From Chiloscyllium plagiosum (lineage: Eukaryota): a stretch of 37,722 bases of DNA. Below are positions 11,285-23,874 of the stretch, in pieces (within the stretch, counting starts at the first letter, position 1; each line of letters starts with the position of its first letter). A program made the position numbers and the translations under genes. The DNA lies in assembly GCF_004010195.1 (NCBI RefSeq), contig NC_057750.1, positions 10,018,259 through 10,055,980 on the forward strand, read 5' to 3'. The notes below the pieces were generated by a model. The model did no database searches. It saw only the letters and a program-made list of their open reading frames with translations, and had not been told where the DNA came from.

Positions 11285-11580
11285 GTATAGATTCCCTACA
11301 GTGTGGAAACAAGCCATTTGGCCGAACAAGTCCCCACTGACCCTCCGAAGAGTAACCCACCCATTTCCCTCTGACTAATGCACCTAACACAAGGGGCAAT
11401 TTAGCATGGCCCATTCCTCCTGACCTGTACATCTTTGGACTGTGGGAGGAAACCAGAGCACCCGGAGGAAACCCACACAGACGCGGGGAGAATGTGCAAA
11501 CTCCACACACACAGTCGCCCGAGGGTGGATTTGAACCCGGGTCTCTGGTGCTGTGAGGCAGCAGTGCTAACCACTGCCAC
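11285..11580 (-). mobile_element. HE1-type V-SINE
   Basis: Full head, V-domain and tail on the minus strand. Confidence 0.92.
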
Positions 11581-11669
11581 ATACAGAGCGAAAGATATAC
11601 ACAGTAGACACTAGTGTGGTCTAAGTGGTGTAGTCATAGAATAAAGAGGTGCTAATTTAAGACTGAGAT

Positions 11670-11907
11670 CATAGAATAGAATCATAGAACCCCTGCAGTA
11701 TGGAAGCTGGCCATTCAGCCCATTGGGTCAACATTGAAGAGCATCCAACCCAGACTCACCACCCTCCCATCCCTTAACCCTGCATTTCCCCATGGCTTAG
11801 CCTGTACACTATGGGACATCCTAACATAGCCAATCCGCCTTAACCTGCAAACCTTTGGACTGTGGGAGGAAACCAATGGGGAGAACGAGCAAACTCCACA
11901 TGGACAG
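11670..11907 (-). mobile_element. HE1-type SINE, 5'-truncated, nested in a CR1 3' fragment (~11620-12410, +)
   Basis: V-domain and tail are present. CR1 text atttaagactgagat resumes as gataaggatgaatttcatctctcaaagag. Confidence 0.75.
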
Positions 11908-12021
11908 ATAAGGATGAATTTCATCTCTCAAAGAGCTGTGAATCTTTGGAAGGCCTTGCCACAGAGTGGTGTAAGGGGAGAGTCAGTGTGGATGTTTAAG
12001 GCTGAGATGGATTCTTGATCT

Positions 12022-12284
12022 TCAAAGTTTGGGAGAAGATTTGTAGCTCGGGTGCTCGTTGTTGTGGTTCTGTTCGCCGAGCTGGGAATTTGTGTTGCAG
12101 ACGTTTCGTCCCCTGTCTAGGTGACATCCGGCAACCGGAAGTGGCAGGGACAGGCCACTGTAAATGCTGGAGGAAACACCACAGAAGCGCTTCACAGGAG
12201 GCTCCCAAGCACTGAGGATGTCACCTAGACAGGGGACGAAACGTCTGCAACACAAATTCCCAGCTCGGCGAACAGAACCACAAC
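12022..12284 (+). mobile_element. Inverted-arm Penelope-type terminal-repeat insertion (family D)
   Basis: Perfect 70-bp inverted repeat (12060-12129 / 12216-12285). 11-bp TSD attcttgatct at 12011-12021 and 12285-12295. Confidence 0.85.
12209..12248 (+). ncRNA. Minimal hammerhead ribozyme motif (intact core, family D)
   Basis: GCA-CTGAGGA-T-GTCACCT-AGAC-AGGGGAC-GAA-ACGT-C-TGC: stem I GCA/TGC, stem II with one mismatch, GUC triplet. Confidence 0.75.
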
Positions 12285-12764
12285 ATTCTTGATCTGTTGG
12301 GGAATTAAGGGTTACGGGAAAGTGGACGTGGGAAACATTGGATCAGCTGGGATCCTTTGAATGACAGAGCAGACTTGAGGGGCCTACTCCTGCTCTTATT
12401 TTGTATGGTCTAAGCAAGGTTTTATGCAACCCCTTCACTTTCCAATTCCAACCTGCAAGGAATGAGCCCCAGTGTCTGATTTTCTTTATTTGTAGAATTA
12501 TTACAATGTGCCTTATCACTTTGTTACTTGCATAGGTATGTCAGAACAGAAAGTATGTCAATCAATGAGATCATAGCAGGTCTGTGACCCCACTCTGTAC
12601 ACCCACGTTTGCCCCCATAACCCTCAACCTTGGGTTAACTTAAAATCTATCAGTCTCCGATTTAAAATTAATAATTGACCCAATGTCAACTGTTGTTTGA
12701 CGAAGAGAGCTCTCGCAGTTCTGAGCTCAGAAAAGTTTTCAAATTTCCCTCTTCAAAGAACTGC

Positions 12765-13045
12765 TGGTTTCCCTGGAGCATTGTTGGCTGAGGGGTGACC
12801 ATATAGAGGTTTATAAAATCATGAGGGGCATGGATAGAGTAAATAGACAAGATCTTTTCCCTGGGTTGTGGGGGGGCCCTGAAGTAGAGGGCTTTTTTTG
12901 GGTGAGAGGGGTAAGATTGAAAAGGGACCCAAGGGGCAACTTTCTCACACAAAGGATGGTGTGTGAATGGAATGAGCTGCCAAGGGAAGTGGTGGAGGCT
13001 GGTACAGTTGCAACATTTAAAAGGCATCTGGATGGGTACATGGAT
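12765..13045 (+). mobile_element. CR1-type LINE 3' fragment
   Basis: MRGMDRVNRQDLFP...GNFLTQRMVCEWNELPREVVEAGT. Confidence 0.85.
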
Positions 13046-15830
13046 TAGGGCTTGGATTAGTACTTGGGAGTATGATGTTATTGCTATTACTGAGATTTGG
13101 TTGAGGGAAGGCATGATTGGCAGCTAAACATCCCAGGGTATCAATCCTTCAGGCGGGATAGACTGGCAGGTAAAAGGGGTGGAGGAGTTGCATTATTGGT
13201 CAGAGAGGATGTCACAGCTATGCTGAAGGAGGGCACTATGGAGGACTCGAGCAGTGAGGCAATATAGGCAGAGCTCAGAAATAGGAAGAGTGCAGTAACA
13301 ATGTTGGGGCTATACTACAAGCCTCCCAACATGAATGTGAGACAGAGGTGCAAATATGTAAACAGATCATGGAAAGATGTAGGAGCAACAGGGTGGTGGT
13401 GATAGATTTTAATTTTCCCAATATTGACTGGGATTCGCTTAGTGTTAGAGGTCTAGATGGAGCACAATTGTAGGATCATCCAGGAGGGTTTTCTAGAGCA
13501 ATGTGTAAATAGTTCAACTTGGGAAGGGGCCAGACTGGAGCTGGTGTTGAGAAATGAGCCCGGCAAGGTGGTTGAAGTTTCAGTAGGGTATATACTACTT
13601 TGGGAATAGTGATCACAATTCCATACGTTTTAGAGTACTCACGGACAAAGATGAGAGTGGTCCTAAAGGAAGAGTGCTAAATTGGGGAAGGCCAACTATA
13701 CCAAAATTTGGCAGGAACTGGGGAATGTAGATTGGGCGCAGCTGGTTGAAGGTAAGTCCACATTCAATGTGTGGGAAGCTTTTAAAGAGAGGTTGATTAG
13801 AGTTCAGCAGAGGTATGTTCCTGTGATAATGAGGGATGGAAATGACAAGGTTAGGGGACTACGGATGACAAGTGAAATTGTGAGACTAGCTAAGAGGAAA
13901 AACATAAGGTCTAAGTGACTGAAAACAGACAAAGCTTTGGAAGAATATTAGGAAAGTAGGACTTGAGGAATTAAGAGGCTAAAAGGGGTGATGAAATATC
14001 TTTAGCAAACAGAGTTTAAGGAAAATCTCAAAGCCTTATTTTCATGTATAAGGAGCAAGAGGGTAACTACAGAAAGGGTTGACCCACTCAAGGACAAAGG
14101 AGAAAAGTTATGCGTGGAGTCAGAGAAAATGGGTGAGATTCTTAATGGTGGCTTTGCATTGGTATTTACCAAGGAGAGGGACATGATGGATGTTGAGGTT
14201 AGGGATAGATGTTTGATTACTCTAGGTCAAGTCAGCATAAGGAGGGAAGAAGTGTTGTTTATTCTAAAAGGCATTAAGGTGGACAAATCCCCAGGTCCGG
14301 ATGGGATCTACCCCAGATTGCTGAGGGAAGCGAGAGAGGAAATAGTTGAAGCTTTAGCAGATCTCTTTGCAGCATCCTTAAACACAACTGAGGTCCTGGA
14401 GGACTGGAGAATTGCTAATGTTCTCCCCTTGTTTAAGAAAGGTAGCAAGGGTACTCCAGGTAAATATAGATTGGTCAGCCTGACGTCAATGGTAGGGAAG
14501 CTGCTGGAGAAGATACTGAGGAATAGGATCTATTTACATTTGAAACAAAATGAGCTTATCAGTGATAGGCAGGGAGGTCATGTCCTACCAACTTAGTAGA
14601 ATTTTTTCAGTAGGTGACAAAGTTGATTGATGGGGGAAGGGCTGTGGGTGTCATATACATGGACTTCAGTAGGCATTTGATAAGGTTCCCCATGGTAGGC
14701 TGATGGAGAAAGTGACGTCGCATGGGGTCCAAGGTGTACTAGCTAGATGGGTAGAGAACTGGCTGGGCAACAGGAGAGAGAGAGAGTAGTAGTGGAAGGG
14801 AGTTTCTCAAAATGGAGACCTGTGACCAGTGGTGTTCCACAGGAATCCGTGCTGGGACCACTGTTGTTTGTGATATATATAAAAGATTTGGAGGAAGGTA
14901 TCGGTGGTCAGATTAACAAGTTTGCAGATGACACTAAGATTGGTGGAGTAGCAGATAGTGAAGTGGAAGTTCAGAGAATACAGCAGAATATGGATAGATT
15001 GGACAGTTGGGCGGAGAAGTGGCAGATGAAGTTCAGTCAGGGCAAATGCGAGGTATTTTGGAAGATTCAGTTCAAGAGTGAATTATAAAGTAAATGGAAA
15101 AGCCCTGGGCAAAATTGATGTACAGAGAGATCTGAGTGTTCAGGTCCATTGTACTCTGAAGATGACAACGCAGGTCAATAGAATGGTCAAGAAGGCATAC
15201 GGCATGCTTTCCTTCATCAGACGGGGTATTGAGTACAATTCTACATTAACTCTGCATGTTACAGTTGTAGAGGACTTTGGTTCGGCAGCATTTGGAACTC
15301 TGTGTACAGTTCTGGCCACCACATAACCACAAGAATGTGGATGCTTTTGAGGGGTGCAGGGGAGGTTCACCAGGATGTTGCCTGGTATGGAGGGTGCTAG
15401 CTATGAGGAGAGGTTGAGTAGATTAGGATTGTTTTCATTAGCAAGATGGAAGTTTGGGGGGGTGGGTCTTGATTGAGGTCTACAAAATCATGAGCAGCAT
15501 TGACAGGGCGAATAGCAAGAAGCTTTTTTCCCAGAGCGCGGAATTCAATTACGAGAGGGTCACGAGTGCAAAGTGAGAGGGGAAAAAGTTTGGGAAGATA
15601 TGAGTGGAAAGTTCTTTACGCAGAGGGTGGTGGGAGTGTTGCCAGTGGAGGTGGTAGAGGAGGGAACGATAGCATCATTTAAGATGTATCTAGACAGATA
15701 CATGAATGGGCTGGGAGCAAAAGGATACAGATCCTTAGAAAATGGGCGGCAGGTTTAGATAGAGGATCTGTATCGATGCAGGCTTGGAGGGCCCAAGGGC
15801 CTGTTCCTGTGCTGTAATTTTCTTTGTTCT
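13046..15830 (+). mobile_element. Near-complete decayed CR1 ORF2 (APE endonuclease + RT) with 3' UTR
   Basis: YDVIAITEIWL...RGGGVALLV and SDHN (endonuclease); KSPGPDGIYPRLL, WRIANVLPLFKKG, GVPQESVLGPLLF...KFADDTK (RT). Many stops and frameshifts. Confidence 0.93.
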
Positions 15831-16012
15831 TTGTTTAAAACAGAAGGGTTTAGAGGGATATGGGCCAAATGCTGGAAAATGGGACTAGATTAATTTAGGA
15901 TATCTGGTCGGCATGGACCAAAGTTTCTGTTTCCGTGCTGTACAGCTCTAATACTCTATAACTGCTGGAAGGTCAGGCAGCATCTGCAGAGAGGGAAGTA
16001 CAGTTAACATTG

Positions 16013-16334
16013 TGGGCAGCACAGTGGCACAGTGGTTAGTATTGCTGCCTCACAGCGCCAGAGACCTAGGTTCGATTCCCGCCTCAGGCGACTCTCTGTG
16101 TGGAGTTTGCACATTCTCCCCGTGTCTGCGTGGGTTTCCTCCGGATGCTCCGGTTTCCTCCCACAATCCAAAAATGTGCAGGTTAGGTGAATTGGCCATG
16201 CTAAATTGCCCGTAGTGTTAGGTGAAGGGGTAAATGTAGGGGAATAGATCTGGGTGGGTTTCGCTTCGGCAGGTCGGTGTGGACTTGTTGGGCCGAAGGG
16301 CCTGTTTCCACACTGTAAGTAATCTAATCTAATT
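16013..16334 (+). mobile_element. Full-length HE1-type V-SINE with (AATCT)n tail, inserted in a Penelope family-C fragment
   Basis: A/B boxes, V-domain, tail ctgtaagtaatctaatctaa. Short TSD ttgtg. Host sequence gttaacatt...gtcactgacttctcgtcagaac is split by it. Confidence 0.93.
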
Positions 16335-16454
16335 TTGTGTCACTGACTTCTCGTCAGAACTCTGGTATTCTGGCAAATGAGGCTAAATTAATTTAAGATA
16401 TCTGGACGAGTTGGACCAAAGGGTCTGTTTCCGTGCTGTACAGCTCTATGATGA

Positions 16455-17130
16455 TGAGCTCCTCTAAAGTGGAGTCACAGGTAGATAGGGTAGTGAAGAA
16501 GGTGTTTGGTATGCTTTCCTTTATTAGTCAGAGTATTGAGTACAGGGGTTGGGAGGTCATGTTGAGGCTGCACAGGACATTGGTTAGGCCACTGTTGGAA
16601 TATCGCGTGCAATTCTGGTCTCCTTCCTATTGGAAAGATGTTGTGAAACTTGAATGGGTTCGGAAAAGATTTACAAGGATGTTACCAGGGTTGGAGGGTT
16701 TGAGCTATAAGGAGAGGCTGAACAGGCTGGGGCTGTTTTCCCTGGAGCGTCGGAGGCTGAGGGGCGCCCTTTTGAAGGTTTATAAAATCATGAGGAGCAT
16801 GGAGAAGGTAAATAGACAAGTGGGGAGTCTAGAACTAGAGGGCATAGGTTTAAGGTGAGAGGGGAAAGATATAAAAGAGACCGAAGGGGCAACGTTTTTC
16901 ACACAGAGGGTAGTGCGTGTGTGGAATGGGCTGCCAGAGAAAGTGGTGGAGGCTGGTACAATTGCAAATTGTAAAAGACACCTGGATGGGTATATGAATA
17001 GGAAGGGTTTGGAGGGATATGAGCCAGGTGCTGGCAGATAGGATTAGATTGGGTTGCGATATCTGGTTGGCATGGACGAGTTGGACCAAAGGATCTGTTT
17101 CTTTGCTGTATATCTCTATGACTCTATGTC
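16455..17130 (+). mobile_element. CR1-type LINE 3' end
   Basis: ORF 16433-16858: LVRPLLEYRVQFWSP...RFTRMLPGLEGLSYKERLNRLGLFSLERRRLRG. Confidence 0.92.
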
Positions 17131-17134
17131 TCTA

Positions 17135-19295
17135 ATTATGAAGGCGCGATGCAGTAAGGAACTGAGGACACATTCAATGGCATGACTCCATAGGTAAGGG
17201 ATAAAACTTTAAAGAACTACTACATGGCTTACAGCAACTTTACATTCCTTCAAGGTGAAAATGTGTTGCTGGAAAAGCGCAGCAGGTCAAGCAGCATCCA
17301 AGGAGCAGGAGAATCGACGTTTCGGGCATGAGGCCTTCTTCAGGAGCCCTGCTGCGCTTTTCCAGCAACACATTTTCAGCTCTGATCTCCAGCATCTGCA
17401 GTCCTCACTTTCTCCTCGAAGATTTTTTATTCCTTCAAGGCGCAAGAGGTAAGTGAACGGTGGTTGGCTAAGAAAGTTAAGGATAGTCTAAAGTTACAAG
17501 GAAGAGCTTGTAAAGTATCCAGAAATAGCAATAAACCTGAGGATCAGGAAGTTTTTAGAATATGTCAAAGCAGTACACAGAAACGAGTGAGGAAGGGAAG
17601 AGTAGAATACAAATGCAAATTAGCAAAAGAAATGGGCTGTAGATGTTTCTACAGGTACATAAAAAGAGATAATTTGTCCAAAACAGGTGTGGGTGCATGA
17701 AAAGCAGAGTCAGGAGAATTTATGATTAGGAATAGAGAAGTGGCAGAGAAGCTGAATGTGAGTGTTTTTGCTGTGGAGGATATAAGAAATCTCTTAGAAG
17801 TAGAGATTTGTGTATTGAAAATGAGCAGTTGAATGAAATTACTATCAGTAAGAAGGTTATAGATCATAGAATCCCTACAGTGTGGAAACAGTTGCACTGG
17901 AGAAATTAGTAAGACTGAAAGTTATAAGCCCCCAGGCCTCGATAATCTATATCCCAGAGTTTTGAAGGGAATGGCTGTAGAGATAATCAGTGCATTGGTG
18001 AATATCTTCTGAAATTTTATAGATTCTGGAAGGATTCCTGCAGATTGTAAATACCACCTCAGTATTCAACAAAGGACCATGGGGGCAAACAAAATAGGGA
18101 ACCACAGGCCTTACATCAAAAGTGCTAGAATCAGTTATAAAGAATGGAGAGCCGTAGAGATATACAGCACGGAAACAGACCCTTCAGCCCAACTCATCCA
18201 TGCTGACTAGAATAGACACTTGGATAAAAATGATATGAATGGCTTTGTGAATGTAAAATCAATTTGTTGGAGTTTTTTCGAGGATGTTACTAACAAAATT
18301 GATAAGGGGAATTGATGGATGTAATATATTTGGATTTTCAGAAGCTTTTGATAAGGTTCCCATAGAGAACGTTGGTGAGCAGAATTAAAGCACATGGGAT
18401 AAGAGGGATTGTACTGACATGCGTTAGGGATTGGCTTACACAGAAACCAGAGAGAGGGAATAAATGGATCATTCTGACATTGGCAGGGTGTGCTTTATGG
18501 GGCACTGCAAGGATTGATACTTGAGCCCCAAATGTTCACACAATGTACATCAATGCTTTGAACACGAGAACCAAACACAATATTTCTGAATTTATGGATG
18601 ATGCAAAGCTGAGCGGAAATTTGTGCATGAGGAAGATGTAAAGTGGCTGCAGGAGAATTTGGACCAACTTAGTGTTTGGGCAAAATCATGGCAGAGGGAA
18701 TTTAATGTGGAAAAATGAGAGGTTATCCACTTCAGTAGAAAGAACAGAAGGGCGGAGTATTTCTTAAAGGGGAAAATGTCGATGTACAAAAGGGACTGAT
18801 GTGTCTTTGTCAATAATTCACTGAAGGTTGATGTTTAGGTCCTTCAAGCTATTAGGTAGGATGTTGGAACGTTGGCCTTTATCGCATGAGGATTTGAGTA
18901 CAGGATCTGTGAGGTCTTGCTTCAGCTGTCTGGATGCTTGAATGGACTGCACCTGAGGTACTGTCTGCAGTGTTGGCCTCTTCATCTCAGCAAAGATGTT
19001 ATTCTCATAGACGGAGTGCAACAAAGGCTCACCAGACCTGATCCAGGGACTGTCCAATGAAGAAAGATTGGACAAACTAGACTCCCTACAGTTTTGAAGG
19101 ACGAGGGGTGATCCCAGTGAACCTTACAAAATACTTAAAGGGATAGACTGGGTGGATTATCCTCCCTAGTCTACAAGCAAAGAGCACAGATTAAAATAAC
19201 AGGGGGTTGCCAGTGAGGATCAAGATGAGAAGAATTTATTTTACTCCGAATATAGTAAATCTGTCTCCCAGAAGGCTGCAAAAGATCAATGAGTG
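17135..19295 (+). mobile_element. Older, heavily decayed CR1 ORF2 copy with several nested insertions
   Basis: FYRYIK, KPPGLDNLYPRVL, YLDFQKLLIR-type and ISEFMDDAKL motifs occur in order. Short SINE/CR1 tail pieces are inserted at ~17860-17890 and ~18148-18208. Confidence 0.8.
17256..17428 (-). mobile_element. Inverted-arm Penelope terminal-repeat insertion (family A variant)
   Basis: Minus-strand core CTGAAGA-A-GGCC-TCAT-GCCC-GAA-ACGT-C (17316-17343). 12-bp TSD attccttcaagg at 17244-17255 and 17429-17440. Confidence 0.85.
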
Positions 19296-19299
19296 ATTA

Positions 19300-19810
19300 A
19301 TTCTGGTCTTCCTGCAATAGAAAAGATGTTGTTATACATGAGAGGGTGCAGAAAAGATTCACAAAGATGTTGCCAGAGTTGAGCTAAAGGGAGAGGCTGA
19401 ATAAACTGAAGCTGTTTTCCCTGGAGTGTCGGAGGCTGAGGGGTGATGTGTGGAGGTTTATAAAATCATGAGAGGCATGGATATGGTAAATAGCCAAGGA
19501 CATTTTCCTCGGGTGGGGGAATCCAAACCTGCAGGGCATAGTTTTAAGGTGCGAGGGGAAAATTTCGAAAGGGACCTGAGGGGCACCTTTTTCAAACAGA
19601 GGGTGGTGCGTGTTTGGAACGAGCTGCCAGACGATGCAGTGGAGGCTGGTACAATGACAAAATTTAAAAGATATTTGGACAGATCCATGAACAAGAAAGG
19701 TTTAAAAGGATATGGGCCAAATGCAAGCTAATTGGACTCATTTAGTTTGGGATACTGGTCGACATGGACAAGTTGGACTGAATGATCTGTTTCTGTGCTG
19801 TATGACTCTA
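19300..19810 (+). mobile_element. CR1-type LINE 3' end
   Basis: EVYKIMRGMD...GHSFKVRG...FFKQRVVRVWNELP plus tail. Confidence 0.9.
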
Positions 19811-20827
19811 GCGGATGAGTAATGTCTGGTTATCGATAAAGGGGATTGATGAGGGTAAAGCACTGAAGTGGTCAATCAGCCTGATTGTGTTACATGGTGG
19901 AACAGGCTCGATGGGCTGATTGGCCTATTTCCCTTCCTCTACTCTTTAGCTGGCCTGATTATGATCTTCACACTCCTTTCCTGTTTGTACCTCATAGCCC
20001 TTTACTCCCTTATCCATCAAAAACCTAGTTAACAACTCAGTTTTAATTAAATCTCATTCCCTCCGCTGTTTTCTGGGCAAGACAGATTACCCTCCAAGAG
20101 AGAAAAGTCCTCCTCATCTCCCTCTTGAAGATCACACAAGACCTTCTTACTGTTAAACCGTATTCCTGAGTACTCATTTCTCTTACAAAGGGAAACATCC
20201 TCTCAGAATTCCATCGGAATCTGACGGAATCAACAGTTTCCCAACCTATCGTGCCAGGAGCAGAAGCTTGGGAATTGGCAGAAACAGGTTTAGCCACACA
20301 ACACATGGCCGAGGAAGGTTCTGTCAAACCTCCAAGATTCAGCCTACAATGAGGCGCATTCACAGGGCCGAGATATAACTGGAAAGAGTTGGCAGGCTAC
20401 ATATGAGTTGCACTCCGCACAGTATTTTCATTCAGAGTGGCATGGTGGCTGCTCATGGTCAGGCAGGTACAATGAGCCATTAGCAGCAAGTTCCTGTCGC
20501 CCACTTCTTTTATTACCGAACAAAGAGTAGCCTTAAATGTTTCCAACCACAACTCGTATTAGTACAGCACCCCATAGTAAAAACTCCCAAAATGCTTTGC
20601 AGGAGAACTACAAAACAAAGTTTGACACTGAGTCATGTAAGAGGAGCTTGGTTAAGATGGCCAAGAAGGGGGCTGTATTAAGAAAAGCCTTCAAAGAGGA
20701 GAGAAAGAGAGAGAGAGAGAGAGACAGAGAGAGAGAGAGAGACAGAAAGACAGGGAGAGAAGGAGAAGTTTAGGGAAGGAAGTTCAGAACTTAGGGTCTC
20801 GGCTGTCACACAGAAAGTAGAATAGTA

Positions 20828-21129
20828 TGGTGGCACGGTGGCTCAGTGGTTAGCACCGCTGCCTCACAGCGACAGGGTCCCGGGTTCAATTCCAGCCTTG
20901 GGCGATTGTCTGTGTGGAGTTTGCACATTCTCCCCGTGTCTGCGTGGGTTTCCTCCGGGAGCACCGGTTTCCTCCCACAGTCCAAAGATGTGCAGGTCAG
21001 GTGGATTGGCCCAGAGTGTTAGGTGCAGTAGTCAGAGGGAAATGGGTCTGGGCGGGTTACTCTTCGGAGAGTCGGTGTGGACTTGCTGGGCCAAAGGGCC
21101 TGTTTCTACACTGTAGGGAATCTAATCTA
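20828..21129 (+). mobile_element. HE1-type V-SINE
   Basis: ggcacggtggctcagtggttagcac...gggttcaattcc...V-domain...aatctaatcta. Confidence 0.93.
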
Positions 21130-21196
21130 AAACAAGTACAGTGCAGGAACAGGCCTTTTAGCCCACAATGTTGTGCTGAAATAAACTGCCTGTCAG

Positions 21197-21521
21197 ATTA
21201 GACTAGATACCCTACAGAATGCAAACAGGCCCTTCAGCCCAACAAGTCCACACTGACCCTCCGAAGAGTAACCCACCCAGACCCATTCCCCTACCCTATA
21301 TTTACCCCTGACTAAAGCACCTGACACTATTGGCAATTTAGCATGGCCAATTCACCCTAACCTGCACATCTTTGGATTGTGGGGGGAAACTGGAGCTCCC
21401 GGAGGAAACCCACACAAACACGGGGAGAATGTGCAAACTCCACACAGACAGTCGCCCGAGGCTGGAATTGAACCCAGGTTCTTGGCGCTGTGAGGCAGCT
21501 GTGCTAACCACCGTGCTGCCC
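21197..21521 (-). mobile_element. HE1-type V-SINE, nested in a CR1 3' end (21133-21780, -)
   Basis: Full copy on the minus strand. Flanking CR1 reads SKTRGRAFRVRGERFKGDVRRKLFSQRV. Confidence 0.9.
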
Positions 21522-22078
21522 TGTTCCTGGTCCATATCCCTCCATTCCTTGCATTTCCATGTGCTTATCTAAAAGCTCTTGAAGTGCCCCTATCATATCA
21601 GCCTCCATCACCAGCCCCTGACAGCGCACTCCTCCCACTCTCTGTGAAAACAACTTGCGCCTCACATCTCCTTTGAACCTTTCCCCTCTCACCCTAAATG
21701 CACGGCCCCTAGTTTTAGACATTGCAACTCTGGGATCAAGATTGTGACCGTCAACCCTACTAATGCACCTCATAATTTGAGAGTGTGACAATGATTAAAA
21801 TCGAGACACTCGAGACTTAGAAATACAAAGAAATCTTGGAGGGGCTGAAGGGATTACAGAGATAAAGACGCACAGGGCTATAGAGGGATTTGCAAACAAA
21901 GATAAAAGTTTTATGATCAAGACATCCCTTGACCAGTAACCCGTTTAAGTCAGTGAGTGCAGAAGGTGTAGAGAGTGAGGACTTGCTGCAAATTGAGACA
22001 CAGGGAGCAATTGAGACACAGGGAGCAGAGTTGTAGAGGACTTCAATTACATTAATAGAATGTTAGAGACCAGTCAGG

Positions 22079-22310
22079 AATTAGATTAGATTAGATTAGA
22101 TTACATTACAGTGTGGAAACAGGCCCTTCGGCCCAACAAGTCCACACCGACCCGCCGAAGCGAAACCAACCCATACCCCTACATTTACCCCTTGCCTAAC
22201 ACTATGGGCAATTTAGCATGGCCAATTCACCTGACCCTGCACATCTTTGGACTGTGGGAGGAAACCGGCTGTGAGGCAGCAGTGCTAACCACTGTGCCAC
22301 CGTGCCGCCC
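22079..22310 (-). mobile_element. HE1-type SINE with internal deletion and (AATCT)n tail
   Basis: Head and tail are intact. The junction ggaaaccgg|ctgtgaggc removes the B box and most of the V-domain. Confidence 0.88.
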
Positions 22311-23227
22311 AATGTTTTAGGATATTCAAATCTGGAGCTTAATGAAAGATTCAGCAGCGGATGAGCTGAGGTGGGAACAAAGTCTGGGGATGTTGGTTGT
22401 GAAGGTGGAATAAAGGGTGTTTAGTGAAGGCACAACCACAAGATGGGAAGCTCAATTCCGAGCTGAAATTTGAATGAATCTTTGACTGTTGCCAGGTAAT
22501 GGGAATGCAGAACGGAACAGTCACTGGGAAACAATGGTTTCAGTTCAGCTTCATGGGTTTCTGCGGCTTTTTGACTTGTCTCAGACCGAGGTGCAAAACC
22601 GAATCTAGAACCTGATCAAGACATTCCAGGGAAACCAGAATTGAAAAAAAATAAGATAAACCGTGGCAGCTGGGAATGGAAAAGGAACGGTCAACTATAA
22701 ACTCAAATAAGACCTGGCCGAGCCCCATCTGGAAAAGGGGAAACACAGGGCAGCCGCAGAATAAGAGGAGACAGTCTCTTTGGAGAGACCCCGACAAATA
22801 TTATTCTAGAACTATTGCCAAATGAGATCTGGAAGAGAATAGGTTTCCTAAATGGAATCTATTTAGCAAATTCCGAGCAGGAATGAGGTCCCAATGGAGC
22901 GTAATAAAGAGCTGGTGATTTGGAAATGATGGAGGTTGAGTGAATGGGGACAAGCGTGGTGGGAGATTGGCCTGAGCACTTTGACAATCTCTCCTTCAAT
23001 CATTGCTTGGTATCTTGTCAATTGCCGTGTTTTGGACCATTGAAGTGGTCTATTCTTCAGTAAGAGCCTCTGTGTTGTGACTCACCCTTGTTCTGATTGG
23101 CCACATGCCAGCTGGTAGCTTGATGAACAAAACCCATAGCCTCTCGCTGTCTGAGGGATCTGCGTGCAGCGAGATTATCACTCTAACCTTGCTTAAAAGA
23201 ACAATATCCATACATGTCCAAACCCTC

Positions 23228-23470
23228 TAGAGTCAGAGAGACGTACAGCATGGAAATAGACCCTTCAATCCAACTCATCCATGCCGACCAGATATCCCAC
23301 ACTAATCTAATCCCATTTGCCAGCACCCGGCCCATATCCCTCTAAACCCTTCCTATTCAGATACCCATCCAGATGCCTCTTAAATGTTGTAATTGTACCA
23401 GCCTCCAGCACTTCCTCTGGCAGCTCATTCCATACACGCACCACCCTCTGCGTGAAAACGTTGCCCCTTA
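23228..23470 (-). mobile_element. CR1-type LINE 3' end
   Basis: Same tail family as 8995-9335. Confidence 0.88.
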
Positions 23471-23874
23471 GCATACAGCCCACGTCATTTCTCCAGACCC
23501 TAAACAGTTAGTAATGAAATGGGATTGGTATCCTGCCCTCCGACCCTGTTCTGTCCAGTGAGGTAAACGACATTAATGTGGTCCTCATGTCAATCGACCA
23601 CTTTAGAGAGTGTGAGTTCAAATCCCCCTCAAGGCAGTTTGAATTCACTCTCAAAGAGGTATGAAATGGAAAAAAGATGGGGTCAGACACCTTTAAATTG
23701 TTGGACTGTTGTAAAAGTCCAAAAGTCTTTCAATGTGGAAACAATCGCTGAATTGTTATTGTGCAAAAGGAGACCCTTCGGCCCATCAAGTCTGCACTCT
23801 GAATAAGCATGATATTTAGTGCCATGCTCCTGCTTTTTTCCCATAGTCCTGCACATCCTTCTTTCTCAAACAGA

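Larger units (their letters stand above)
20548..22500 (-). mobile_element. Old L2-type LINE 3' region fragmented by younger insertions (parts ~20548-20805, ~21785-22080, ~22311-22500)
   Basis: aaactcccaaaatgctttgcaggag...aaagtttgacactgagtca...tttagggaaggaagttcagaacttaggg and later segments resemble the antisense of the elasmobranch L2 3' end as I recall it. Confidence 0.6.

Noticed and set aside
16013..16085. tRNA gene (A and B boxes)
   Set aside because: It is the tRNA-derived head of an HE1 SINE, continuous with the V-domain and LINE tail.
20200..20355. Stretch open on both strands (~48 codons on +)
   Set aside because: No recognisable protein. The putative acceptor lies in an antisense CR1 remnant.
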